From: Coriobacteriia bacterium | Lineage (GTDB): Bacteria; Actinomycetota; Coriobacteriia; Anaerosomatales; JAAXUF01 | DNA: 64,000 nucleotides | Direction: 5' to 3' | Assembly (NCBI GenBank): GCA_013336165.1 | Contig: JAAXUF010000008.1 | Location: forward strand, 8,743-72,742 | Shown here: positions 49,426 through 59,357 of the stretch, in pieces | Numbering within the stretch: the stretch's first letter is position 1 | Layout of the letters: each line of letters starts with the position of its first letter | Translations under genes and position numbers: made by a program | The notes under the pieces: model-generated | Seen by the model: only the letters and a program-made list of their open reading frames with translations | Told to the model about the DNA's origin: nothing | Database searches by the model: none

Positions 49426-50185
49426 TCGCGGGCTGTTCCCATCGCGCGAGCAGGCGCGCGCCGCTGTCCTCGCGGGAGAAGTGCGCGTCGATGGCGAGAT
49501 CGTGACGAAGGCCGGCCATTCAATCGCCGAGACCGCCGAGATCGAGGTGCTCAAGCGCCCCAGGTTCGTGTCGCGCGGAGGTGAGAAGCTGGCGGGCGCG
49601 CTTGCCAAGTTCGGCGTGGATCCGGCTGGTGCGCGCGCCATCGACGTGGGCGCCTCGACGGGAGGATTCACCGACTGCCTGCTTCAGGCGGGTGCGGCGC
49701 AGGTGGTCGCCCTCGACGTGGGATACGGTCAGCTTGCATGGTCACTGCGGACCGATCCGCGAGTCGTGGTGGTGGAGCGGACCAACGTTCGCTCGGCGGA
49801 TTCGGAGCTACTGGGCGCCCCGTTTGATCTTGTCGTCATGGATGTGTCCTTCATTTCGCTCAGGACGGTATTCCCGCAGCTCCTTACGCTGCTTGGCGAG
49901 GCGGGCGACCTTATCGTCTTGGTAAAACCCCAGTTTGAAGCTGGTAAGGGGCGCGTGGGAAAAAAGGGCGTTGTGAGGAATCCGGCTGTGCACGAAGATG
50001 TCTTGCGTGCGGCGGTCGAAACCGCAGTTGCTGCAGATCTGGTTGTCAGGGGCCTGACCTTCTCGCCGATACAAGGGCCGGAGGGTAATATCGAGTTTTG
50101 GATGTGGGTCGCGCGTGAAGGGGAAGCGACGCCTGATTCCGTGGAACAGGTTGTCGCCGACGCTCACCGGGTTTTCGGAGGGTAG
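49391..50185 (+). CDS. tlyA: TlyA family rRNA 2'-O-methyltransferase (S4 + FtsJ-like)
   Basis: An S4 domain (RLDATLADRGLFPSREQA) and SAM motif IDVGASTGGFTDCLL. It overlaps the dxs 3' end by 35 nt. Confidence 0.88.
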   Translation: MARSRLDATLADRGLFPSREQARAAVLAGEVRVDGEIVTKAGHSIAETAEIEVLKRPRFVSRGGEKLAGALAKFGVDPAGARAIDVGASTGGFTDCLLQAGAAQVVALDVGYGQLAWSLRTDPRVVVVERTNVRSADSELLGAPFDLVVMDVSFISLRTVFPQLLTLLGEAGDLIVLVKPQFEAGKGRVGKKGVVRNPAVHEDVLRAAVETAVAADLVVRGLTFSPIQGPEGNIEFWMWVAREGEATPDSVEQVVADAHRVFGG

Positions 50186-50187
50186 CA

Positions 50188-51030
50188 TTGAGAGTCTTGC
50201 TGGTACCGAATGTGGCGAATCCTGCAGCCGTCTCGGCTGCGGTTGAACTGGTTACATGGCTGGCAGGACAAGGCCTTGAGCCGGTCTTCTCGGCTGAGGA
50301 TGCGGCACGGGCCGGCTTACCCCGGCTGGGCTTGGCTCCTACCGACATAGGAGAGCCTGCACTCACGATCGCGCTGGGCGGGGACGGGACGATTCTGAAA
50401 GCAGTGCACCTGATCGGCGAGACGGAAGTGCCGATTCTGGGGCTCAATTTCGGACAACTCGGGTTCATGTCGGGGGCAGGCGCCGGTCAAATGCGCGAGT
50501 CGGTCCTAGCGGCGCTTTCGGGCGAGGTTCGTGTCGAGCGGCGGGCGACGCTTTCGGCGGAAGTGGTGATGGACGGGCGTGCGGTCGGCACGTATCGGGC
50601 GCTCAACGAGATCGTCATCTCGAAGGGGGAGTCGGCGCGCCTAGTGGCCTTCGACCTCGCGATCGATGGTCACACGGTCATGAGGACACGCGCCGACGGC
50701 CTCATCGTCGCGACGGCCACGGGATCGACAGCGTATGCACTTTCGGCGGGTGGTCCGATGGTGGCGCCGGGATTTGGCGGCATGGTGGTTGTGCCGGTGG
50801 CCGCCCATACGCTGAAGGCGAGAACCATCCTGACCAATCCCGCGGACGTCGTTGAGATCGCCCTTCCTGATCCGAATCGCGCAGACGCGTGCGTGGTCGT
50901 TGACGGAGACCCGACGCCTAATCGCCGTGCAATCGAGCGCGTGACGGTCACCCGGGGGCAACACGACGTGCTCCTCGTGAAACTCGACGGGCGCGACTTC
51001 TATGAGACGATTTCGGCGGAGTTCTTTTAG
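50188..51030 (+). CDS. nadK: NAD kinase
   Basis: Contains GGDGTIL and NEIVI. TTG start. Confidence 0.9.
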   Translation: MRVLLVPNVANPAAVSAAVELVTWLAGQGLEPVFSAEDAARAGLPRLGLAPTDIGEPALTIALGGDGTILKAVHLIGETEVPILGLNFGQLGFMSGAGAGQMRESVLAALSGEVRVERRATLSAEVVMDGRAVGTYRALNEIVISKGESARLVAFDLAIDGHTVMRTRADGLIVATATGSTAYALSAGGPMVAPGFGGMVVVPVAAHTLKARTILTNPADVVEIALPDPNRADACVVVDGDPTPNRRAIERVTVTRGQHDVLLVKLDGRDFYETISAEFF

Positions 51031-51038
51031 GGGACAAG

Positions 51039-52667
51039 GTGCTTCAAGAACTACACGTCCAAAACCTCGCTCTCATCAGCGACGCATGGCTCGAATTCGG
51101 CCCGGGAATGACGGCGCTGACCGGTGAGACCGGTGCCGGCAAGACGGCGCTGCTCGGTGCGCTCAAGCTACTGCTTGGGGAGCGCGCCGACTCGACGCTC
51201 GTGCGAAACGGGGCGAGCGAGGCGCTCGTTGAGGGCCGCTTCACCGCGGGTGAGGACGAAGTCGTGGCGCGCCGCAAGGTCTCCTCGGACGGGAGAAGCC
51301 GCTGCACGCTCGACGGCGAGATGGCGACTGTCGGTGCGCTTGCCGAGCGGCTCGGCCCATTGGTGGACCTACATGGACAGCACGAGCATCAGGCGCTCCT
51401 GACGCCCGGCAGCCACGTGGCCTATCTGGACCGCTGGGCAGGCGAAGAGGGGATGAGCGCGATCGCTCGATACCGCGCCGCCCGTGCGGCGTACAGGGGT
51501 GCGCTCGCTGCGAAAGAGGTGCTGGCGGATCAGCTCGCCAACGCCGCGCGCAATGCGGACTACCTGCATTTTGTCGCCGATGAGATCGGCCGGGTGGCGC
51601 CGGTGGCGGGGGAGGATGACGCGCTCTCAGCACGGCTGCCGGCGCTCCAGCACGCTGAGCGGCTGGCAGAGGCGGCTGGTCTGGCGACGGAGCTGCTGCG
51701 TGGCGATGAGGGCGCCCTCGATCGCATCGGCGAGGCGGCTGCGGTGCTCTCGCGGGTCGAGGGGATCGACCCGGATCTGGACGCCCTTGTCGGCAGGCTC
51801 GCGGAGGCCAGGGCGCTCGTCGACGATGCGAGTGCCGACTTGCGCGGGTATCGCGATGGAGTCGAGCACGATCCGTCGGTGTTGGACAGTATGCTGACGC
51901 GCTTGGGCCAGCTAAACGCCCTCGCGCGCAAGTACGGCCCTCGGCTGCAAGACGTCATACGTACGCGCGAAGAGGCGCTTGTGGCGCTGGCCGCTTTTGA
52001 GAGCGGCGAGGAAGGTCTCTCGGCGGCGCAGTCAGCCTGCGCAGAGGCCGAATCCGAGCTGCGCACGGCCGCCGCCGCTGTCTCCGGAGTGCGCAAGCGA
52101 GCCGAGGCGGGGTTTGTTGGGGCGCTGGGTGCTGCTGCGGCCGACCTCGCGATGGATGGCGCGTGCTTCGAGGTCTCGGTCACGGACCTGCCTTTCGATG
52201 CCTGGACCGCAGACGGCCCGCACCGGGTGGAGTTCCTCTACGCGCCAGCTTCCGGCCTGCAGCCCCGGCCGCTGGCACGGATCGCTTCGGGCGGCGAGAT
52301 CTCGCGGGTGATGCTCGCGCTCAAGGGGGTTCTCGGCGAGGCGGACACGGTGGAGACGCTCGTGTTTGATGAGGTCGATGCAGGCATCGGCGGAACGACT
52401 GCGGACGCCGTGGGTCGGCGTCTTGCCCAGCTCGCCCGGACGCACCAGGTCATAATTGTGACGCATCTGGCCCAGGTCGCGGCGTACGCCGATTCTCAGA
52501 TGGTTGTAGCCAAGCACACCACCGAGGAGTCGGTCGCAACGACTGTGGAGGTGGTCTACGGGGAAGATCGCATCGCAGAGATCGCGCGCATGCTTTCCGG
52601 GAGAGATTCCGAAGCAAGCCGCCTGCACGCGCGAGAGCTTCTCGGCAGCGTGGACAGGCCGCTTTAG
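51039..52667 (+). CDS. recN: DNA repair protein RecN
   Basis: Walker A TGETGAGKT, an SMC-like coiled coil and a C-terminal signature/Walker B (LVFDEVDAGIGG). GTG start. Confidence 0.92.
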   Translation: MLQELHVQNLALISDAWLEFGPGMTALTGETGAGKTALLGALKLLLGERADSTLVRNGASEALVEGRFTAGEDEVVARRKVSSDGRSRCTLDGEMATVGALAERLGPLVDLHGQHEHQALLTPGSHVAYLDRWAGEEGMSAIARYRAARAAYRGALAAKEVLADQLANAARNADYLHFVADEIGRVAPVAGEDDALSARLPALQHAERLAEAAGLATELLRGDEGALDRIGEAAAVLSRVEGIDPDLDALVGRLAEARALVDDASADLRGYRDGVEHDPSVLDSMLTRLGQLNALARKYGPRLQDVIRTREEALVALAAFESGEEGLSAAQSACAEAESELRTAAAAVSGVRKRAEAGFVGALGAAAADLAMDGACFEVSVTDLPFDAWTADGPHRVEFLYAPASGLQPRPLARIASGGEISRVMLALKGVLGEADTVETLVFDEVDAGIGGTTADAVGRRLAQLARTHQVIIVTHLAQVAAYADSQMVVAKHTTEESVATTVEVVYGEDRIAEIARMLSGRDSEASRLHARELLGSVDRPL

Positions 52668-53377
52668 GCGCGCTTGCCTCGCGGATCGTGTCGCCGAGAC
52701 TTCCGGGCGAGTTTCGTGAGCGCGAGGCCGACGTGCACGAGCCGGCGCCCTCGAGTGATGAGCCCTTGCAGGTTCTTTCCGCCGGGCTTACCGGTCATTC
52801 CGGTCTCGACTTCCTCGATCCGAAACCCCGCCCGAAGTGCTCGCACCGTCACACCGACTTCCACCCCGTACCCGGCCGAGAATGGCCTGACCGCCTCGAG
52901 GCAGCGGTTCGTGAGAGCCCGCTGACTGGAGAGTGGGACTCGAAAGTCGACGTTTTCGCCCGCCAGTCGTCGAATTCCCCAGCGAGCCAGTCCTTCCGCC
53001 CAGCCGAGACCTGCGTTGCGGGCGGCACTCGGGGCCAGCGAGACTGTCATGTCGGCTCGACCGGCCAGCAACGGCTCGAGGAGCAGCTCGGCCTGCGATG
53101 CTCCTTGTCCCAGATCGCCGTCAAGCAGCAGTATGATGTCGGCGTTTTCGATGCGCATCGCGCCGGCTTCGAGCGCCGCGCCTTTGCCCATGTTGCCAAA
53201 AATCCGGACTACCTTGGCACCGGCCGCCTCGGCTCGCTGGTCCGTCTCGTCCTCGCTCCCGTCGTCAACGACGACGACTCTCGTGACACCCGGGATCAAA
53301 AAGGCTGTTTGCACTGTCTCGGCGATGGCGGCAGCCTCGTTGTGGGCGGGGATCAGGACGGCGATGTCCAACTTCAA
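52664..53377 (-). CDS. GT2 family glycosyltransferase (polyprenol-phosphate sugar transferase-like)
   Basis: The minus-strand translation reads ...KLDIAVLIPAHNEAAAIAETV...RVVVVDDGSEDETD. A TTG start at 53377 overlaps the murJ stop. Confidence 0.7.
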   Translation of the reverse strand: MKLDIAVLIPAHNEAAAIAETVQTAFLIPGVTRVVVVDDGSEDETDQRAEAAGAKVVRIFGNMGKGAALEAGAMRIENADIILLLDGDLGQGASQAELLLEPLLAGRADMTVSLAPSAARNAGLGWAEGLARWGIRRLAGENVDFRVPLSSQRALTNRCLEAVRPFSAGYGVEVGVTVRALRAGFRIEEVETGMTGKPGGKNLQGLITRGRRLVHVGLALTKLARKSRRHDPRGKRA

Positions 53378-55011
53378 GACTTCCGCAGTCGTGACCCCGC
53401 GCGCCTGAACAGGTCGGTGGCGACGGAGACTTCCTTCACGCCGAACCAGTGTCCTAGGGTGAGTGCGACCGTGATCCCTGCCGCACCTCCCACAGCGATC
53501 TGCAGAAGCGCCCCCGGAACCCCTCCGGCCAGTGATGCAAGCGGGATGGTGATGCCCCAGGCAACCAAGCCCGCGATTGCAGAGGCGGCGCCCATCCTCA
53601 GGAAGGTGCTCGCGATGCCCGCGAAATCGAAGCTTCCGATCCGCTTGCGCAGCGCAACGCCGAGAACCGTGCACATGAGGATGAAGAAGATGGTGTCGCC
53701 GATCGGGATGCCGTTGATCCCGATACCTTTCCAGCCACCGATTCCGGTCGACAACAGCGTGTAGAGACCGATCTGGATGACAGTCAGCGTCAGGTTGATG
53801 ACCATCGGCGTCTTCGTGTCTCTGAGCGAGTAGAACGCTTTGAGCAGGAACATGGTGGTCGCGTAGAAGATGAGGCCGATCGCCCAGAAGCGCAGGGCGC
53901 TTGCCACCAGCGGGACATCGGCGGCTGTGAACGCGCCAACACGGTACATCGAGACGAGAGGGCTTGCCAGCGCAATGAGGAGCGCTGACATCGGCAGCAT
54001 TATGACGCCGGTGGCCCTCAGGCCCCGCGAGAACGTGTCCTTGAAGCCGGCCATGTCCTTCTTGCCTGCCGTCTCGGCGAGCTCGGTGAAGATCGCTGTC
54101 GCCAGCGCAACGGCGAAGATCCCGTAGGGAAGCTGGTAGAAGATCCATGCGTAGATGAGGACCGACGGGCCCTTGGGCGAAACGGCGAACGCTGACGCAT
54201 TCATAAACGAGACGGCGACTAGGTTGGTGAGGGTATAGACGAGTGTGGGCACGGCGAGCTGCAGCATCTTGCGAAGAGCCGGGTCGTCAAACCCGAGACC
54301 CCAAGAGTGGCGCCAGCCGCTCTTTCGCAGGGCGGGTATCTGAATCCCGAACATGACGGCGACCGCAAGCGTTGTGCCGACACCCAGCACGATGTAAGCG
54401 ATCCTCGAGTCACCCTTGAACGCTACGAAGGCGATCATTGTGGCGATCGCGATGAGGTTGTTAAAGATCGGCCCGATCGCAGGCCACAAGTAGCGTCGCT
54501 GGGAGTTCAACACCGCGGTGGTCACGGATCCAAGACCGTATAAGACAACCTGGATTGCGAAGAATCGGAAGAAGAACGTCGCGGGCTCGACCACGCCCGA
54601 GGCTTCTGCGGTCGACATTCGGAATGTCTGCGTCCAGATGAACGGCCCGGGAAACACCGTGCCGATGATCGCCAGCAGCCCGAGGCCCAGCATGGCCAGG
54701 TTGAACACGTGGCTCGTGAAACGCCAAGCGGACGCCTCGTCTCTGGTCTGCCGGATTTCCATGAAAGTTGGGATGAACAGGGAAGAGATGATTCCGCCGG
54801 CAACCAGCTCATACATCATGTTGGGGAGGTTGTTTGCGACGGTGTAGGACGACATGAGCCCCGTAGCTCCGAGCGCAAAGGCGGTTGCCCACATGCGCAG
54901 GAAGCCTGTACCGCGCGAGAGCAGGGTCGCAGTCGACATGAGCGCGGTTGAGCGGGCGATCGATGGCTTGCTGATGGTCCGCCTCCTTCTTGCTGTCGCA
55001 AGAGAATCCAC
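53374..55011 (-). CDS. murJ: Lipid II flippase MurJ/MviN
   Basis: 545 aa, about 14 TM helices; N-terminus RSTALMSTATLLSRGTGFLR is typical of MurJ. Confidence 0.88.
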   Translation of the reverse strand: MDSLATARRRRTISKPSIARSTALMSTATLLSRGTGFLRMWATAFALGATGLMSSYTVANNLPNMMYELVAGGIISSLFIPTFMEIRQTRDEASAWRFTSHVFNLAMLGLGLLAIIGTVFPGPFIWTQTFRMSTAEASGVVEPATFFFRFFAIQVVLYGLGSVTTAVLNSQRRYLWPAIGPIFNNLIAIATMIAFVAFKGDSRIAYIVLGVGTTLAVAVMFGIQIPALRKSGWRHSWGLGFDDPALRKMLQLAVPTLVYTLTNLVAVSFMNASAFAVSPKGPSVLIYAWIFYQLPYGIFAVALATAIFTELAETAGKKDMAGFKDTFSRGLRATGVIMLPMSALLIALASPLVSMYRVGAFTAADVPLVASALRFWAIGLIFYATTMFLLKAFYSLRDTKTPMVINLTLTVIQIGLYTLLSTGIGGWKGIGINGIPIGDTIFFILMCTVLGVALRKRIGSFDFAGIASTFLRMGAASAIAGLVAWGITIPLASLAGGVPGALLQIAVGGAAGITVALTLGHWFGVKEVSVATDLFRRAGSRLRKS

Positions 55012-55289
55012 GTTGCTACGATCGCACCAGTGTACCTAAAGTCGTAGGTCGCCTGCTTCGGCTCTTTTGTGGGGCCTCCTCCGAATCTTGCGCGAGAATC
55101 GGCCCGGCTTTCGGCTATACTTGGTTCGGGCACTTCAAGAGCCCGGGATGCGCTGGTTTTGTCCCGCGTCGAAACCCCCGAATGCTTTGCGACAGACACG
55201 CCGCAAACCCAAAGGCATGTCTGTGCTGTTTGAAAGGTTAGAATCACATCGGCGGACGTCTCACACAAGAAGGAGCTGGAAAGAGAGCT

Positions 55290-56903
55290 ATGGCAACCAA
55301 GCACATCTTCGTGACCGGAGGCGTCGTCTCATCGCTTGGGAAGGGGATTACCGCCGCTTCTCTCGGCAGGCTGCTCAAGGCTCGCGGGCTCAAGGTGACG
55401 ATCCAGAAGCTCGACCCGTATCTCAACGTCGATCCGGGCACCATGAGTCCGTTTCAGCACGGCGAGGTGTTCGTCACCGATGACGGTGCCGAGACCGACC
55501 TCGACTTGGGCCACTACGAGCGATTCATCGATGAGTCGCTCACCCGAGACTGCAACGTCACGGCCGGCTCGATCTACCAGACTATCATCACTCGCGAGCG
55601 CCGCGGTGATTTTCTCGGCGGCACGGTCCAGGTCATCCCGCATGTCACCAACGAGATCAAGGAGCGCATCAACCGTCTTGCCGAGCAGACCCAGCCCGAC
55701 GTCATTCTGACGGAGGTCGGCGGTACGGTGGGCGACATCGAGTCGCTGCCATTCCTTGAGGCGATCCGCCAGCTCAAGAAGGACAAGGGCCGCGAGAACG
55801 TCTGCTACATCCACGTGACCCTCGTGCCTTACATCGCCGCATCGAGCGAGCTGAAGACCAAGCCCACTCAGCACTCGGTCAAGGAGCTGCGCTCGATCGG
55901 TATTCAGCCGGACTTCATCGTCTGCCGCTCGGACAGGCCGATCGACGTGGGGATCAGGCGCAAGATAGCGCTGTTCTGCGACGTGGATCCGGGCGCGGTC
56001 ATCTCGGCGATCGACGCCCGCAGCATCTATGAGGTACCGCGCAACATCGCCGCCCAGGGACTCGATGAGATGGTGATCGAGCGTCTCGGCCTCAAGTGCG
56101 GCGCGCCGGACATGCGCGAGTGGGACGCCTTTGTCACTCACTCAGCGATGATGGCCGATGAGGTCAATATCGCGCTCGTGGGCAAGTACGTGCAGCTGCC
56201 TGACGCGTATCTGTCGGTCAACGAGGCGCTCGACCACGCCGGCATCTTTCACAACCACAAGGTGCACGTTCAGTGGGTGGACGCTGAGTCGCTCACGCCC
56301 GAAGAGGTCGATCAGATTCTCTCGAAGATGGACGGGATCCTCGTCCCGGGTGGGTTTGGCGTGCGGGGCATCGAAGGCAAGATCCGGGCGGCCTGCTATG
56401 CGCGCGAGGGCAAAGTGCCCTACCTCGGTATCTGTCTCGGCATGCAGGTGGCTGTCGCCGAGTTCGCCCGGCACGTTGCCGGTTTTGAAGGCGCCAACTC
56501 GGCGGAGTTCGATCCGGCGACTCCGCATCCGGTCATCGACCTCATGCGCGAACAGCAGGATGTGCATGACATGGGTGGCTCGATGCGTCTCGGAACCTAT
56601 CCCTGCAGTGTGATTCCGGGCACCAAGGGCTACGCGGCGTATGGCGACGAACTCATCTATGAGCGCCACCGCCACCGTTATGAGGTCAACAACGCCTACC
56701 GCGATCAGCTCACGGAGGCGGGTCTGGTCATCAGTGGCCTGTCCCCCGACGGCACACTTGTCGAGATGGTCGAGCTTGCCGACCATCCGTGGTTCGTCGG
56801 CAACCAAGGCCACCCGGAGTTCAAGAGCCGGCCAACCCGCCCCGCCCCGCTCTTCCGCGATTTCGTCGGTGCGGCAGTGGCGTTCAAGAACCGTCGGCAG
56901 TAA
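55290..56903 (+). CDS. pyrG: CTP synthase
   Basis: Begins [17 protein letters not shown] and carries the GATase triad region GICLGMQ. Confidence 0.95.
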   Translation: MATKHIFVTGGVVSSLGKGITAASLGRLLKARGLKVTIQKLDPYLNVDPGTMSPFQHGEVFVTDDGAETDLDLGHYERFIDESLTRDCNVTAGSIYQTIITRERRGDFLGGTVQVIPHVTNEIKERINRLAEQTQPDVILTEVGGTVGDIESLPFLEAIRQLKKDKGRENVCYIHVTLVPYIAASSELKTKPTQHSVKELRSIGIQPDFIVCRSDRPIDVGIRRKIALFCDVDPGAVISAIDARSIYEVPRNIAAQGLDEMVIERLGLKCGAPDMREWDAFVTHSAMMADEVNIALVGKYVQLPDAYLSVNEALDHAGIFHNHKVHVQWVDAESLTPEEVDQILSKMDGILVPGGFGVRGIEGKIRAACYAREGKVPYLGICLGMQVAVAEFARHVAGFEGANSAEFDPATPHPVIDLMREQQDVHDMGGSMRLGTYPCSVIPGTKGYAAYGDELIYERHRHRYEVNNAYRDQLTEAGLVISGLSPDGTLVEMVELADHPWFVGNQGHPEFKSRPTRPAPLFRDFVGAAVAFKNRRQ

Positions 56904-56908
56904 CGGCC

Positions 56909-58027
56909 GTGAGCGACGAGAGGCTGCTTTCCACGTTCTTGGACCTTGCGCGGATCGACAGCCCCTCGCGCTCTGAGGCGCGCGTTGCCGCCTACTGCGC
57001 GACCGCGCTCGTCGCGGCCGGCTGCACCGTGCATTTCGACGACAGCGCGCAAGCGACCGGGTCCGATACCGGCAATCTGATCGCGGAGTTGACCGGCGAC
57101 GCGCCGGGGGTTCTCGCGCTTTCGGCGCACATGGACTGCGTCGAGCCATGTCTCGGTGTCGAGCCGGTCATCGTCGATGGCGTGATCAGCTCGGCAGGCG
57201 AGACAATCCTTGGGGCCGACGACAAGGCCGGACTTGCGGTGGCCATCGAGGTCATCCGGCGTCTCGCCGAGAGCGGCCGCCCGCATCCGACGGTCAAGGC
57301 GCTGTTCACTGTCCAGGAGGAAGTCGGTCTCACCGGCGCCAAAACGCTTCGTGCCGAGGATGCCGCCAGTGATCTGTGCCTCGTGCTCGATGCGGCCGGT
57401 CCCGCGGGAAGCATCATCGTGGCGGCGCCGACCCATTACACCTTCACCGCCGAGTTTCTCGGGCGCGCCTGCCACGCAGGCGTGGCTCCGGAGTTGGGCG
57501 TGAGCGCGATCCGCATGGCGGCCGACGCGATTACTCGCATGCAACTCGGGCGTCTGGACGGGGAGACGACCGCCAACATCGGTTCGGTCCACGGAGGTAC
57601 GGCCACAAACGTCGTGGCAGAGCGATGCATCGTGACTGGAGAGTGCCGTTCGCTCGATCCCGGCCGCGTCGAAGATGTCCGGGCTGCGACGGATGCCGCC
57701 TTGTATGCGGCCGCGAATGAGGCCGGAGGCGGCGTCGAGATCCGGTGGATCCGCGAGTACGGCGGATTTCGTGTCGCCGATGACAACGAGAAGCTTTCGC
57801 TGGTCTTGGCCGCATGTCGCGCTGCGGGCCTCACACCGCGGGTCGAAAGCACGGGCGGCGGGTCCGACGCCAATGTGCTCGCTACGATGGGAATCGAGGT
57901 TCTTGCCCTGGGGTGCGGGATGACCGATGTGCACAGCACACGGGAGACACTCGCGATAGCCGATATGGCCGGGCTCGCGAGATTGCTGGAATCACTCGCG
58001 ACCAGCCTTTCCGAGAAAGCGCATTAG
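56909..58027 (+). CDS. pepT: M20 family peptidase T-like (tripeptide aminopeptidase)
   Basis: GTG start. Begins LLSTFLDLARIDSPS; contains HMDCV and GADDKAGLA metal-binding motifs. Confidence 0.75.
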   Translation: MSDERLLSTFLDLARIDSPSRSEARVAAYCATALVAAGCTVHFDDSAQATGSDTGNLIAELTGDAPGVLALSAHMDCVEPCLGVEPVIVDGVISSAGETILGADDKAGLAVAIEVIRRLAESGRPHPTVKALFTVQEEVGLTGAKTLRAEDAASDLCLVLDAAGPAGSIIVAAPTHYTFTAEFLGRACHAGVAPELGVSAIRMAADAITRMQLGRLDGETTANIGSVHGGTATNVVAERCIVTGECRSLDPGRVEDVRAATDAALYAAANEAGGGVEIRWIREYGGFRVADDNEKLSLVLAACRAAGLTPRVESTGGGSDANVLATMGIEVLALGCGMTDVHSTRETLAIADMAGLARLLESLATSLSEKAH

Positions 58028-58137
58028 CACTTTTCACCTAATACTATAAGGCGTAAACTGCGTTGAGCCAGCTTATCGATGGCTGGGTATACACCATTCA
58101 ATGCAGACGTCCACAAGGTGAGGAAGGAAGTGCGCAC

Positions 58138-59253
58138 GTGATCGTCGGAGCACCCAAGGAGATCAAGAACAACGAGTTTCGCGTCGGTCTCACGCCGGCT
58201 GGTGTTGTTGAGTTTGTGACGCATGGCCACAGTGTTCTGGTCGAGAAGGGTGCAGGCGAGGGCTCGTCGTTCTCTGACGCCGAGTACGCTGCCGCCGGAG
58301 CCACGCTCCTGGACACGGCCGCCGAAGTATTCGCTGCCGCCGACATGATCGTGAAGGTCAAGGAGCCGCAGGCGAGCGAGATTGCGATGCTGCGGCCGGG
58401 CCAGATCCTCTACACCTACCTCCATCTCGCCCCCGACTATGAGCAGACCATGGGCCTCATCGCTTCCGGTGCAGTATGCATCGCGTACGAGACCGTCGAG
58501 CTCCCCAATCGCACGCTCCCGCTGCTTGCTCCGATGTCCGAGGTCGCCGGTCGTATGGCCGCGCAGGTCGGCGCGAACTACCTGCAGAAGACGTTCGGCG
58601 GTCGCGGCGTACTCATGGGCGGAACGCCCGGCGTGCTTCCGGCCAAGGTCGTCGTTCTCGGCGCCGGAGTGGTCGGCACGAACGCCGCCTACGTCGCGAT
58701 GGGCATGGGCGCCGATGTGACCGTCATCGACATCAACCTCGACCGCTTGCGCTATCTGGACGAGATCTGGGGCAACCGCGTCCGCACTCTCTACAGCAAC
58801 CGCAAGAACATCGCCGAGCAGGTCTACGCCGCCGATCTCGTTATCGGTTCCGTCCTGCTGCCGGGTGCCAAGACTCCGTGGCTTGTGACCAACGACATGC
58901 TTTCGAACATGAAGAAGGGCTCCGTCATCGTCGATGTCTCCGTTGATCAGGGCGGCTGCATCGAGTCCACGCACGCAACAACGCACGCCAATCCGACGTA
59001 CTTCGTCGACGGTGTCTTGCACTACGGCGTCGCCAACATGCCCGGTGCTGTACCCAACACCTCGACGCTCGCTCTCACCAATGCCACGCTGCGCTATGGC
59101 ATGGCCATCGCCGACAAGGGCTGGAAGAAAGCTGTCAGCGACGATGCTGCACTTGCCAAGGGGGTCAACGTGCTCGAGGGCAAAGTAACCTATAAGCCCG
59201 TCGCCGACGCGCATGGTCTTGAGTATGTCTCGCTTGAATCGCTGATCGCGTAG
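58138..59253 (+). CDS. ald: Alanine dehydrogenase
   Basis: Begins VIVGAPKEIKNNEFRVGLTP. NAD-binding GAGVVGTNAA. GTG start after the RBS GAGGAAGGAAG. Confidence 0.9.
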   Translation: MIVGAPKEIKNNEFRVGLTPAGVVEFVTHGHSVLVEKGAGEGSSFSDAEYAAAGATLLDTAAEVFAAADMIVKVKEPQASEIAMLRPGQILYTYLHLAPDYEQTMGLIASGAVCIAYETVELPNRTLPLLAPMSEVAGRMAAQVGANYLQKTFGGRGVLMGGTPGVLPAKVVVLGAGVVGTNAAYVAMGMGADVTVIDINLDRLRYLDEIWGNRVRTLYSNRKNIAEQVYAADLVIGSVLLPGAKTPWLVTNDMLSNMKKGSVIVDVSVDQGGCIESTHATTHANPTYFVDGVLHYGVANMPGAVPNTSTLALTNATLRYGMAIADKGWKKAVSDDAALAKGVNVLEGKVTYKPVADAHGLEYVSLESLIA

Positions 59254-59280
59254 GCTGCTCACTCACAAAGGAATCATCGC

Positions 59281-59322
59281 GAAAGGCCACTTCAAATGAG
59301 TGGCCTTTCGCTGTTGCTTTCG
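59281..59322 (+). terminator. Intrinsic terminator after ald
   Basis: A perfect 11-bp stem gaaaggccact / agtggcctttc with a 7-nt loop is followed by gcTgTTgcTTTcg. Confidence 0.7.
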
Positions 59323-59357
59323 ATGCTACGCGGGAATACGGTATTGGTTGACACTTC

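Noticed and set aside
52688-53764. 358-aa plus-strand ORF and the overlapping 494-aa minus-strand ORF (52664..54148) in the six-frame track
   Set aside because: Both translations are low-complexity and R/P-rich. The genuine coding signal is the minus-strand GT2 glycosyltransferase (52664..53377) followed by murJ (53374..55011). The long ORFs are open-frame read-throughs typical of high-GC DNA.
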